NCBI GenBank assembly: GCA_017881725.1
Contig: JADGQO010000026.1
Coordinates: 5,370 to 69,369, forward strand
DNA: 64,000 nt
Source: Fibrobacteria bacterium
GTDB taxonomy: Bacteria; Fibrobacterota; Fibrobacteria; UBA11236
Direction: 5' to 3'
In this document: in pieces, positions 30,576-40,228 of the stretch
Layout of the letters: every line of letters starts with the position of its first letter
How positions within the stretch are numbered: position 1 is the first letter of the stretch
Translations under genes and position numbers: made by a program
Notes under the pieces: model-generated
What the model was told of the DNA's origin: nothing
The model's database searches: none
Seen by the model: the letters and a program-made list of their open reading frames with translations, nothing else

Positions 30576-32675
30576 ATGGCTTCAGCGGATACATCGGTTT
30601 TTTCCTTCCAGGTGGGATCCAATCCCCTGGACACCTTTCGCGTTATTGATTTCATCGGCCAGGAAGCCCTGTCGGAATGCTTCGTGTTCACCGTGCGGGC
30701 GGTGGCCTTTGATTTTGAATTGAAATACGACGACGGCATCGGAGCTGCGGCCACGCTGTTTGTCCGCGGGAAAGACTTCGAGGTCAAGCATTACGGCTTC
30801 ATCACGGGATTCACGCAAGTTCCGGACAGCGACGGCACCGTGGCGCTGAATTCGACCTTTGAATTCACCGTGGAGCCGCGCGTCAAAATCATGTCGTACA
30901 TGGTCCAAAGCCGGATTTTCCAGAACCAGAACGTCTTGGAAATCCTTTCCGCCGTCATCGGCGATTACGTGAAGGAAGGGACGGATTTCAAGATTGACGC
31001 GAAATTCGAAGCTTCCGGCCAGGATTACGCCAAGCGCGAATTCACGGTGCAATACAACGAGTCGGATCTCGATTTCATCCAGCGTTTGATGGAGGACGAA
31101 GGGCTCTTTTACTTCTTCAACCATGAAGGCGACCGCGAGGTGATGATCATCACCAATAAAAAAGAAGCGGTCAAACCCCTGCCCAATTCCCCCAAATTGC
31201 CCTTCATTCCCGATACGGGCATGCATTTCGAGGCACAGGAATTCGTCCGGGCCATGTCCCGGAGCTCCAAATTCGTGACGGGACGGACGACGGTTAAAGA
31301 TTATAACTATCGCACGCCCGACGTGAAGGTCGTGGGGTTTTTTGAGATGGAAGGGCCGGGAGAGTATTATCATTTCGGCGATCATGTGAAAACCACAGAT
31401 GAAGCCAAACGCCTGGCGCAAATCCGGACCGAGATGTTCGCTTGCGACCGCGAAGTATACCGCGGCGAAGGCGTGTTCCGTTCCGCTTGCCCGGGTTACC
31501 GCTTTACCTTGGAAAAAGCCGACGCGGAAGGCTTCAACGGCGATTACCTGATCACGCGCGTGACCCACAAAGGCGGGGAAAGCGACGCCGTGGACGCGGT
31601 AAAAGGCCCTACCGCCCACTACACGAACAACTTCGAGGCCATTCCCGCCATTACGCAGTTCCGGCCCCCATTGGTCACGCCCAAGCCCAAAGCGCCGGGC
31701 ATCCTGACCGCCAAGGTAGACGGACAAAAGGGCGCCTACGCCTACCTGGACGAAGAAGGCCGCTACCGCATGAAGCTATTCTTCGACCGCAGCGAGGACA
31801 AGGACGGCAAGGCCAGCAAAGCCATCCGCCTGGCGCAGCCCTACGCGGGCGCGGGCTACGGCATGCATTTTCCGTTGCACACGGATACGGAAATCGCCGT
31901 GGGCTTCGTGGATGGTGATCTCGACCGGCCGATAGGGCTCGGCGCGATACCGAACCCGTCCAAAGGCACGCCCGTGAAGGCCGGCAACAAGAGCCAGAAC
32001 ATGATCAAGTCCCACTCGGGGCATTCGGTCACCTTGGACGACAAGGAAGGCAAGACCGGCATCCATATCGTGACCTCCGGCGGGCATGCCGTGGGCATGG
32101 ACGACAGCGCCGACAGTAAGGGCTACAACGTCAAGACTTCCGGCGGCAACAGCATCGCCGCCGACGACAAGAACAAGAACATCGACATCAAGACCACCGG
32201 CGGCATGGAGTTGAAGCTCGATGATCAGGGAACGACCATCATCTTGGTCACCACGGGCAAGAACACGCTGGAGATGAAGGACGGCGGCCACGTCGTCACG
32301 CTTTCGGACGGTTCGGGAAACATCTCGCTCACCATGAACGGCGACTCCGGCAAAGTGGAATTGAAAGCCAGCGCGGAGATCAAGCTGACGGTCGGCGCCG
32401 CGAGCCTGACCATGAAAAGCGACGGCACCATCGAGCTGAACGGCAAGGACGTGAAAGTAACGGGGGCCGCTTCCGTGCAATTGGATGGCGGACCGAAAGG
32501 CTCCTTCACAGCCGTGGATTTGGCTTTGAAAGGAACGGGATCCGCCAATCTGGCCGGGGCGAAGGTGGATGTCAAAGCGGATACGATGTTGAATTTGAAA
32601 GGGGCGGCAATCATGTCCGATGCCTCCGCAGTCAATACCATCAAAGGCGGCGCGGCCGTCATGCTCAATCCTTAA
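30576..32675 (+). CDS. vgrG: T6SS spike protein VgrG (1)
   Basis: VQYNESDLDFIQRLMEDEG, KDYNYRTP, GMHFPL...DLDRP, gp5-like DD/K beta repeats; SD GAGGGA. Confidence 0.95.
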   Translation: MASADTSVFSFQVGSNPLDTFRVIDFIGQEALSECFVFTVRAVAFDFELKYDDGIGAAATLFVRGKDFEVKHYGFITGFTQVPDSDGTVALNSTFEFTVEPRVKIMSYMVQSRIFQNQNVLEILSAVIGDYVKEGTDFKIDAKFEASGQDYAKREFTVQYNESDLDFIQRLMEDEGLFYFFNHEGDREVMIITNKKEAVKPLPNSPKLPFIPDTGMHFEAQEFVRAMSRSSKFVTGRTTVKDYNYRTPDVKVVGFFEMEGPGEYYHFGDHVKTTDEAKRLAQIRTEMFACDREVYRGEGVFRSACPGYRFTLEKADAEGFNGDYLITRVTHKGGESDAVDAVKGPTAHYTNNFEAIPAITQFRPPLVTPKPKAPGILTAKVDGQKGAYAYLDEEGRYRMKLFFDRSEDKDGKASKAIRLAQPYAGAGYGMHFPLHTDTEIAVGFVDGDLDRPIGLGAIPNPSKGTPVKAGNKSQNMIKSHSGHSVTLDDKEGKTGIHIVTSGGHAVGMDDSADSKGYNVKTSGGNSIAADDKNKNIDIKTTGGMELKLDDQGTTIILVTTGKNTLEMKDGGHVVTLSDGSGNISLTMNGDSGKVELKASAEIKLTVGAASLTMKSDGTIELNGKDVKVTGAASVQLDGGPKGSFTAVDLALKGTGSANLAGAKVDVKADTMLNLKGAAIMSDASAVNTIKGGAAVMLNP

Positions 32676-32696
32676 TGCCGGCTCCGAGGTAACACT

Positions 32697-33872
32697 TTGG
32701 CTACGGTATCATCCATGTCACCTCGCAACGAGCACCCTTCGGACGGCGCCGGAGTTTCCCCTCCCGCGCATGGGAACGCGAAGCGCAAGGCCGCCTATGC
32801 CATGCTTCCGGGCCAAGATGATCTAGGTCAACCCATATTCTCCGTACTGGTCAAACGCACCTACGACATCGTTCCGGATAAGCCCGTCACGCGCGCGCAA
32901 AAAGACGAGCCGCTTACCGAAATTGATCGCTATTACGATATGGGCGATCCGCAAACCTCCACGGTCCAATTCGAAAGTGATTTGGTCCCCTACAAGGCCC
33001 TGACCGATGTGGTCTTCATCGGCAAGGCGCTGGCACCGGAGGGCAAGCCCGTATACGGCATGGACGTGGGCATCCAGGTGGAAGGCTTGGGCGCGAAAAT
33101 CGTACGCGTAATAGGTCCGCGGCGTTGCGTTTATCAGAACGGCCGGCCGCCCATCTTCACGCCGCCCGAGCCGTTCACGGAAATGGAAATCCGTTACGAC
33201 AATGCCTACGGGGGCAAAGACAAGAAAAGCCTGCCGGATTTTCCTTTCCATTATCCGCGCAACGACATGGGCAAGGGCTTCGCTCTGAAAAACCGGAAGG
33301 ACTTGATCGAGGGCATGGAATTGCCCACCATCGAGGATCCAGCCGATATGCTGACTCCGGATCGCATCATCATCGATGGACCCGAGAACTGGCATAAGGC
33401 GCCCATGCCCTTTGGACTGGGCTGGTTCCCGCGCACGGGCTATCCGCGCGCATTCTACGCGGGCTCGGTGCCGGGTTTCATCTATCCCGGCACGGTGACC
33501 AAGGAGGAATTCCTCGGTTACGTCGTAAAGGATCATATCGCCCTGGCCCGCCGGTTTAAATTGCCGGGCTTTGATCCCCGCTTCCTGCAAGGTGCGTCCC
33601 AAGGCCTGTCGTTGCCGCGTCTGGCGGGTAAGGAAACCTTGAAGTTACGGGGCCTTACCGTGGAAGGCATGCTGAAATTTTCCCTGCCCGACGAAATGCC
33701 CAAGCTGCAAATGGACATCGGCTTCGGAGCCAAGGACATGGAACCGGTCCTGGATACCGTTTGCATCCGCGGCGAGGAGCGCCAGGTGGATTTGGTGTGG
33801 CGCGGATCGCAGGTCTATCCGGGCCTGGATTGGCTGCCGGAGATGACGACGCTCGTGGTCAAGGTGGATTGA
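32697..33872 (+). CDS. DUF2169 family T6SS accessory protein (A)
   Basis: ESDLVPYKALTDV, YDNAYGG, GKGF, LDTV...VDLVWR. Confidence 0.88.
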   Translation: MATVSSMSPRNEHPSDGAGVSPPAHGNAKRKAAYAMLPGQDDLGQPIFSVLVKRTYDIVPDKPVTRAQKDEPLTEIDRYYDMGDPQTSTVQFESDLVPYKALTDVVFIGKALAPEGKPVYGMDVGIQVEGLGAKIVRVIGPRRCVYQNGRPPIFTPPEPFTEMEIRYDNAYGGKDKKSLPDFPFHYPRNDMGKGFALKNRKDLIEGMELPTIEDPADMLTPDRIIIDGPENWHKAPMPFGLGWFPRTGYPRAFYAGSVPGFIYPGTVTKEEFLGYVVKDHIALARRFKLPGFDPRFLQGASQGLSLPRLAGKETLKLRGLTVEGMLKFSLPDEMPKLQMDIGFGAKDMEPVLDTVCIRGEERQVDLVWRGSQVYPGLDWLPEMTTLVVKVD

Positions 33873-33893
33873 GATGCGCCGAGGCGATTTCCA

Positions 33894-34973
33894 ATGACCG
33901 TCCGCAAAGTATTCCTGCCGGGGCAGACGCCGGAAGGCCAACATATTTACAGCCTGATCACCAAGCGTTCCTACGATATCGTGCCGGGCGGAATGTGCGT
34001 GCGGGCCAAGGACGACAATAAACTCTTTCCGGCCGACGTGCATTTCGGCGATCCGAACAATTCCTCCGTGCGCTTCGAGACGGACTATATCCCCTTCAAG
34101 CTGCAAACGGACGTAGCTTTCGACGGCAAAGCCTATTCCCTGGGCGGCACTCCGGTGCTGAATTTGATGACGTCCATCACCGTCGGCAAGGTGAAAAAAG
34201 AATTGCTCGTAGTGGGCGATCGCACCTGCCGCTTCGCGGACGGCGGACGCATCGCGGCTTCGGCCCCATCGCCCTTCGCGACCATGGAATTGCGCAGCGA
34301 GAACGCCTATGGCGGCGTCGACGTGTACTCGGATCCGAAAATGGCTTTCGCCTATCCGCGCAACAAATTGGGCAAGGGTTTCGTCGTCAAGCCCACGCCG
34401 AAATCGCTTTTCAATTTGCCATTGCCTAACTTGGAAGACCCGAAGGATCGCATTACGGCCGAGCGCCTGTGCATTTTGGAAATGAAGAATTGGGAGAAGC
34501 AACCTTTGCCCGCCGGGTTCGGATGGTATTCCAAATACAGCCCGCCGCGCATGAACCTGATGGGTGTGATGCCCGCCGACGTGCCCCTGGAAAAGGAATT
34601 GCGCGAAGCCAACGCGGCGCTGCTTAGCGGCAAGAACAAAGAGTTGTATCTCAACAATCCCCTGCCCAAAATGGACTTCCGTTTTTTCAACGGCGCGGCT
34701 CCGGGGCTGTCCATGCCCTATCTGACGGGCACGGAAGGCGTGCGCCTGGAAAATCTGTCGCCGGAAGGCGTGCTGGAATTCCAATTGCCGGGGGAAACGC
34801 CCAAGGTACGTATCGATATGGGACAGGGCACGCAAGAGCCGCAGGCTTTCCTGCATACCGTGCAAATCCATGGCGAGACGCGGCAAGTCGATATGGTGTG
34901 GCGCGCCAGCGTGACCTATCCCGGCCCCGACTGGCTGCCGGAAATGACCATGCTGGACTTGAGCCTGGAGTAA
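33894..34973 (+). CDS. DUF2169 family T6SS accessory protein (B)
   Basis: ETDYIPFKLQTDV, ENAYGG, LPNLEDP, FFNGA, LHTV...VDMVWR. Confidence 0.88.
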   Translation: MTVRKVFLPGQTPEGQHIYSLITKRSYDIVPGGMCVRAKDDNKLFPADVHFGDPNNSSVRFETDYIPFKLQTDVAFDGKAYSLGGTPVLNLMTSITVGKVKKELLVVGDRTCRFADGGRIAASAPSPFATMELRSENAYGGVDVYSDPKMAFAYPRNKLGKGFVVKPTPKSLFNLPLPNLEDPKDRITAERLCILEMKNWEKQPLPAGFGWYSKYSPPRMNLMGVMPADVPLEKELREANAALLSGKNKELYLNNPLPKMDFRFFNGAAPGLSMPYLTGTEGVRLENLSPEGVLEFQLPGETPKVRIDMGQGTQEPQAFLHTVQIHGETRQVDMVWRASVTYPGPDWLPEMTMLDLSLE

Positions 34974-34976
34974 ATC

Positions 34977-35375
34977 ATGACCACCACCTATTCGCCCACG
35001 GGAGGACGCTTTATCTACATCTTCGCCGGACTGATGATCGCCGGAGTGATCCTCTGGTACGCCTACCGCTTCGCAGACGGCGGCTTCCTGGCCGAACAAG
35101 AGGCGCAAGCTTCCGTGCTTGGCAAGGAGCATGTCCCGCCAAGTGAGAAATCCATGCTGCAGAATATCGGCGGCGTGAACCAATTCGTGAAGGTGGCCAT
35201 TCCGGAAACCTGGTTGTTGAACCTGGACATCGCCGGAAAAACCGCGCAAGCGGCCGTCGACCAGGAAGAGTTCCGAAAACGGATGACGGGGGAATCGGTC
35301 AAAGTGCGGTTCAAGCGAAAGCGCATTTCGGGTAACTTACAAGTTACCCAGTATCTCGGAAAGGAAGGCGGCTGA
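34977..35375 (+). CDS. Small single-TM hypothetical protein
   Basis: N-terminal TM plus beta-rich domain; tightly packed in the vgrG operon. Confidence 0.65.
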   Translation: MTTTYSPTGGRFIYIFAGLMIAGVILWYAYRFADGGFLAEQEAQASVLGKEHVPPSEKSMLQNIGGVNQFVKVAIPETWLLNLDIAGKTAQAAVDQEEFRKRMTGESVKVRFKRKRISGNLQVTQYLGKEGG

Positions 35376-35376
35376 C

Positions 35377-36180
35377 ATGCCCCTCTTTCCCGCCGTCACC
35401 ATGGGCACGGCCATCGTGGGCTTGGATATCCACGCCCAAATCATCCCTCCCGCGCCCGCGCCCATACCCACCCCGGAGCCGTATGCCGGTTCCGTCTTCA
35501 TGTGGATGACGCCGAAATTCCCCATGGGCAACGTCTTCATCAACAGCAAGCCCGCCTGCGCGGTCGGTGCGATGGGATATTCCATGCACGTCCCCCTCGG
35601 GGCGCCGGTGCTGCCCACCAATCCCTCTTATTGGGCTAGGTACCTGACCCATGTGGCCATGGGCTTAACCCTGGCCGGCCTCACCATCTTCGCCAACATG
35701 GCGATCGCGGCGCTGTCTTCGCTCCTGCCCTTGCCCAAGGCGGCGGAATCTTTTGTTAAAGACGTCACGGGCATCGACACGACGGACGCGTTGACATTTT
35801 GCAATACCACCATGACGGCCTTCGCCTCCTTCACGCAATGGCAGACCTGGGTTAAACTGTTGATGCCGCCCATGCCATTTCCGGGTGCGCAAGGCTCCAC
35901 GGCGGTAGGTAGCCCCAATGTTACGGTAAACGGCGGAGCGCTGGCTTTTTGCGCGCCGTTGATGGCCACGTCTTGCAGCGATATTCCCGTGGTTCCAAAC
36001 GCCGCTACGCTGGGATTTTCCAACGTGATGGTGGGCGTGAGCGTGGCCGCCTTGGTGCGGGGGTTGGCTGTGAACGCGGCGAAGGCGGGGATTGCCAAGG
36101 GGCTGAGCGCGGGCGTGGCGAAGTTGACGGCGCCCCCGGCCAAACCCGTGGAAGGCCAGGAGGATTGTGGATGCGGATGA
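35377..36180 (+). CDS. PAAR-like protein with hydrophobic insert (Rhs N-terminal module encoded separately)
   Basis: GLDIHAQIIPPAPAPIPTPEPY, NVFINSKPAC, GSPNVTVNG, GFSNVMVG; TM-like segments. Confidence 0.75.
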   Translation: MPLFPAVTMGTAIVGLDIHAQIIPPAPAPIPTPEPYAGSVFMWMTPKFPMGNVFINSKPACAVGAMGYSMHVPLGAPVLPTNPSYWARYLTHVAMGLTLAGLTIFANMAIAALSSLLPLPKAAESFVKDVTGIDTTDALTFCNTTMTAFASFTQWQTWVKLLMPPMPFPGAQGSTAVGSPNVTVNGGALAFCAPLMATSCSDIPVVPNAATLGFSNVMVGVSVAALVRGLAVNAAKAGIAKGLSAGVAKLTAPPAKPVEGQEDCGCG

Positions 36181-36195
36181 TTTCCAGGACCGACC

Positions 36196-39100
36196 ATGCC
36201 GATTGATGTCGCCTCCGGAGCGGTCCACTTCGATACTGAGGATATCAAACTTGCCGGTCGGTTTCCCCTTTCGTGGGGCAGAACCTACCATACCAATCTC
36301 AAAGGCGAGTCCGACTCCCACCTTGGACCGGGTTGGACGAATCGATACTTTTCGAAACTCACCCGCCTCGGCAAGGACTACCATTTCCGGAATCCGGGCG
36401 GATCCGTCATCGTGTTCCCCGATCCCGAAGATACCGTGGACCGCCAGGGAATCATCCGGGACTTCGGAAGCTACCATGAAATTTCCCGGAAGGGAATCTT
36501 TCTGCAGATTACCCAATGGGGCGTGGACGGAGCCATTACCAAATTCACGTTTCAACCGGAACGAAACGGACAGTGGTGGCCCCTGCGAACGATCGAGGAT
36601 GCTTGCGGAAATGGCTTGGAGATGGCCTGGGACGAACAGGGAAGGCTCAAAGGCATACGGCAAAAGCATGAGAAACGGACCTTGGCGATCGCCTATTCGA
36701 ACAAGGGTTGCGTCGCCTCCGTTGCCTTTCGATATCCGGATGGACGTCAGCAGATTCTTGCAAAATACGACTTTGATACTCTAGGACAATTGGTCTCCGC
36801 CCAGGACGCGCTCGGATTCACCGAACGCTACGAATATGATCCGGCCGGGATGGTAACCCGTGTCCTGGCTAAAGACGGCGGCGTCCTGAATTTCAAATAC
36901 GATGACCTCGGAAGATGCATCCGCAGCGGCGGCCTGGGTAATTACGATCTAAAAATCCTCCGGTACATGGCGCATATCAACCAGACCGAAGTGAAGAACA
37001 GCCTGGGGAAATCACACCACTATGTATGGCTGCCCTCGGGCCAGGTCACGGTGCATATTGATCCGCTAGGCGCAAAAACCGAGACCGAATACGACGACCA
37101 TGGCCGCGTCCTGTCCAAAACCGGCCCTTTGGGCGGAAAAACAGTTTATGCGTTTGATGCAGAGGGCAACCGCGCCAAGCTCATCGATCCGCAGGGCAAC
37201 GAAAGCGTATTCGAATACAATGCTTCCCATCAGCCCACCAGGTTTATCGGAGCGGATGGATTCGGTTGGGAAAAGACCTATAACGAATTCAATCGCCCGC
37301 TAACGGCCACTGATGAGCTCGGAAATGTTTCCAGCATCGAATACGACAGCTTAGGCAACCCCGTGCTTTTAAAGAGATCGGATGGCGCCGTTTCCAAACG
37401 GACCTATTCCGAATCCGGAAACCTGATTGCAAAAACGGATTGGAAGGGTCGGAAAACCCTTTTCGATCATGATGAATTCGGCAGGATTATCAACCGCCGC
37501 AATCCCGACGGAAAAACCTCGACCACCCAATACGATCTTCTCGGCCGGATTGTCCAAGTCGGCTATGACTCCGGAAAAACGGTCAAGTATCAATATGATG
37601 CCGGCAGCAACGTCATCCTGATCAAGAGCTCGGCGGAAAATCCAGTCGCTTTCAGATACGGAACCTGCCGCCGCCTTTTGGAAAAAAAATACGGCAACGG
37701 CCGGACAGTCAAATACGCTTGGGGCAGCGAACCCGAGCGCTTGGAATCCGTGATCAATGAGGTGGGCGAGACATACACGTTCGAGTACGATCCCTGCGAT
37801 CGAGTCATCGCCGAAACCGGTTTCGACAATCGTAGGACCTCTTTCAAATTCGATCTCGCCGGCGGCTGCATCCGCAGGACCAATAACCTTGGTCAAGCCA
37901 TCGACCGGGAACTCGACCTCATGGGCCGCTTGGTCAAGGAGACAGTCCAAGGCGAGGCGCCAGCCTCCTTCCGATATGATATATCGGGGAAACTCCTTAC
38001 CGCGACCAATGCGTGGAGCGCGATCAAATTCGAACGCGATGCCGCCGGCCGGATCATAAAGGAAGATCAAAACGGATTTTCCATCTCCAGGAAATTCAGT
38101 TCCCGCGACGAGGTTTTGCGGCTGGAAACGGATGCCGGGATCCATTTCGAATACGGCTATGATGAAAACGGGGAAATAGCCTCCGTCGACGCCAATGGGC
38201 TCAGCACGTTTTCCTATTCACGCGATGAACGCGCGCAAGTCGTTGCCGTGGAACTCCCCGGTGAGGCTCGGCTGGAGCAGTCCTACGACTCCCGAGGAAG
38301 GTTGTTGAAACAATCCGTTTCCGGAACCGGATCCGGGAGTTTGCGGTCGCCCCCGCTGATTGAACGGGAATACGCATACGACGAAACCAACATGCCGCTT
38401 TCGATTACGGATAGCCGATGGGGAAAGACCCGCTATTCCCATGACGATGCGATGCGGTTGCTCCAATTCGTGACCGACGGAACCAGGATCGATTATTCAC
38501 TGAATCCAGCCGGCGATCCGATTTCGTTACTCCGAAACGGGGGCGAGGAAGCGCGCTTCAGTTTTGATCCAGGCGGCGCCCTGAATCGGCAGGGTGACTT
38601 CGTGTATGAATTCGATGGGGCCGGTCGCTTGGTTTCCAAATTCAGCGCATCGGAAAGGGATTCGTCCAGGAAATGGACCTATTCCTGGGATGCGAAAGAT
38701 CGCCTTCGCGGCGTCTTGACTCCAACGGGCGAATCCTGGGAGTATGCCTATGATCCATTCGGCAGGAGATGCCTGAAAAAAAGCGCGGAGCGGGAAATCC
38801 GATACATCTGGGATAAGGATGTCCTACTTCACGAACTCGAATCGGGAAAAGAAACCCGGACCTGGGGATTCGAACCGAACGGTTTCCGGCCCTTGTTCAA
38901 AATCCAGGGTGGTTCGCTTTTTTCCATACTTCTCGATCATTTGGGCACGCCCCTGGAAATGCTGGATTCTGGTTCCAAAATCGTTTGGAGCATTCACTAT
39001 GATCCGTGGGGAAATCCACTAGCGGGAAAGGGAACGCTTGAAGATTGCCCGCTTCGCTTCCAAGGCCAATACTTTGACGCGGAATCGGGTCTCCATTATA

Positions 39101-39600
39101 ATCGCTTCCGTTACTATGATCCGCAAACGGGACGGTTCATTTCCCAGGATCCGATTTTATTGGATGGCGGTCTTTCCGCCTATCAGTACAGCCCCAACCC
39201 CACGCGGTGGGTCGACCCGTTGGGACTCTGTCCGGAGAAAATATATCGAGCGATGAGTGAAGAAGATTTCAAGGAGCTCAAGCGTACGGGTAGGATGCCT
39301 GGAACCGGGGAAACTTCGACGTCCCCAAACCGGGAATTTTCGGAAGATTATCGAGGCGTGCTGGTGGAGTTCGAGCTCAAACCGGGGACGATAGCCAAGC
39401 TAGAGGCCATTGGAGTCACTGACGGTACCCCCGATACACGTTCAAAATACCCTGATATGCCGATTGGGGAAAAGGGTTGGAATCAGACGAATGCCCGCTT
39501 CAAGGAAGAAAACGGCCAAACGAATATTCAATTGGGGAAAGGCGACGCCCTTGACACGTTCAACGATAATATAACGGGGTACAATGTCTTACGTCCCTAG
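36196..39600 (+). CDS. Rhs toxin (DUF6531-like start, YD repeats, Rhs core) with ADP-ribosyltransferase-like C-terminal domain
   Basis: PIDVASG, LGPGW, YD repeats, RFQGQYFDAESGLHYNRFRYYDP...WVDPLGL; tip YRAMS/ETSTS/FKEE. Confidence 0.93.
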   Translation: MPIDVASGAVHFDTEDIKLAGRFPLSWGRTYHTNLKGESDSHLGPGWTNRYFSKLTRLGKDYHFRNPGGSVIVFPDPEDTVDRQGIIRDFGSYHEISRKGIFLQITQWGVDGAITKFTFQPERNGQWWPLRTIEDACGNGLEMAWDEQGRLKGIRQKHEKRTLAIAYSNKGCVASVAFRYPDGRQQILAKYDFDTLGQLVSAQDALGFTERYEYDPAGMVTRVLAKDGGVLNFKYDDLGRCIRSGGLGNYDLKILRYMAHINQTEVKNSLGKSHHYVWLPSGQVTVHIDPLGAKTETEYDDHGRVLSKTGPLGGKTVYAFDAEGNRAKLIDPQGNESVFEYNASHQPTRFIGADGFGWEKTYNEFNRPLTATDELGNVSSIEYDSLGNPVLLKRSDGAVSKRTYSESGNLIAKTDWKGRKTLFDHDEFGRIINRRNPDGKTSTTQYDLLGRIVQVGYDSGKTVKYQYDAGSNVILIKSSAENPVAFRYGTCRRLLEKKYGNGRTVKYAWGSEPERLESVINEVGETYTFEYDPCDRVIAETGFDNRRTSFKFDLAGGCIRRTNNLGQAIDRELDLMGRLVKETVQGEAPASFRYDISGKLLTATNAWSAIKFERDAAGRIIKEDQNGFSISRKFSSRDEVLRLETDAGIHFEYGYDENGEIASVDANGLSTFSYSRDERAQVVAVELPGEARLEQSYDSRGRLLKQSVSGTGSGSLRSPPLIEREYAYDETNMPLSITDSRWGKTRYSHDDAMRLLQFVTDGTRIDYSLNPAGDPISLLRNGGEEARFSFDPGGALNRQGDFVYEFDGAGRLVSKFSASERDSSRKWTYSWDAKDRLRGVLTPTGESWEYAYDPFGRRCLKKSAEREIRYIWDKDVLLHELESGKETRTWGFEPNGFRPLFKIQGGSLFSILLDHLGTPLEMLDSGSKIVWSIHYDPWGNPLAGKGTLEDCPLRFQGQYFDAESGLHYNRFRYYDPQTGRFISQDPILLDGGLSAYQYSPNPTRWVDPLGLCPEKIYRAMSEEDFKELKRTGRMPGTGETSTSPNREFSEDYRGVLVEFELKPGTIAKLEAIGVTDGTPDTRSKYPDMPIGEKGWNQTNARFKEENGQTNIQLGKGDALDTFNDNITGYNVLRP

Positions 39601-40150
39601 CCGGAAAACAAAACTCGTCTATGACTTGATGAACAAACGCATCTCCGAAGAACAATTTTTCCTGGAATTCCCGGCGGTCAGGGAAAAAATTGGCATGGTG
39701 ATATTGGATCTACTCGAATGCGGGCTTGCAGAAAAGAACGCGGACCTGATTGAAAGCGCTATTCCGCTTGCTTACCGGTACGGTCTTTCCAACGAATATT
39801 TGGGCGCGTTCAATATTCTGGCTTTAGTACCCTGGCATTTTCGACATGAAGACGTGGTTTTTGCCCTTGGACTCTTGAAGGACCCGACCAGCATCGAGGT
39901 CCTCGCCAAAACCGCTTTGGCCAAGCACCCTTACCTCGAGAACGATGAATTCTTTGCATTAGGATCCAAATCCATTTATGTCCTGAGAAATATTGGAACG
40001 TCGGAAGCCATTCAGAAAATCGGCGAGTTGGCCCGGAATGAAAATGAGGTTTTGAAATCGACGGCGATTGGACGGCTGAAGGAAATCGCGAATAAGGGTG
40101 AGTCGGATGCCCTAAGAGCGGAGGCCCAATCATTATTGAAAATCCCATAG
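39584..40150 (+). CDS. Putative cognate Rhs immunity protein (HEAT-like)
   Basis: Overlaps the toxin end by 17 nt; helical; WHFRHED motif. Confidence 0.8.
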   Translation: MSYVPSRKTKLVYDLMNKRISEEQFFLEFPAVREKIGMVILDLLECGLAEKNADLIESAIPLAYRYGLSNEYLGAFNILALVPWHFRHEDVVFALGLLKDPTSIEVLAKTALAKHPYLENDEFFALGSKSIYVLRNIGTSEAIQKIGELARNENEVLKSTAIGRLKEIANKGESDALRAEAQSLLKIP

Positions 40151-40228
40151 AGAAACTATTTTGAATATTAAAGATCTTGATTCCAAGAACAGCGCCCGAA
40201 TATTTTCAAAGACAACATTATGATGCCA

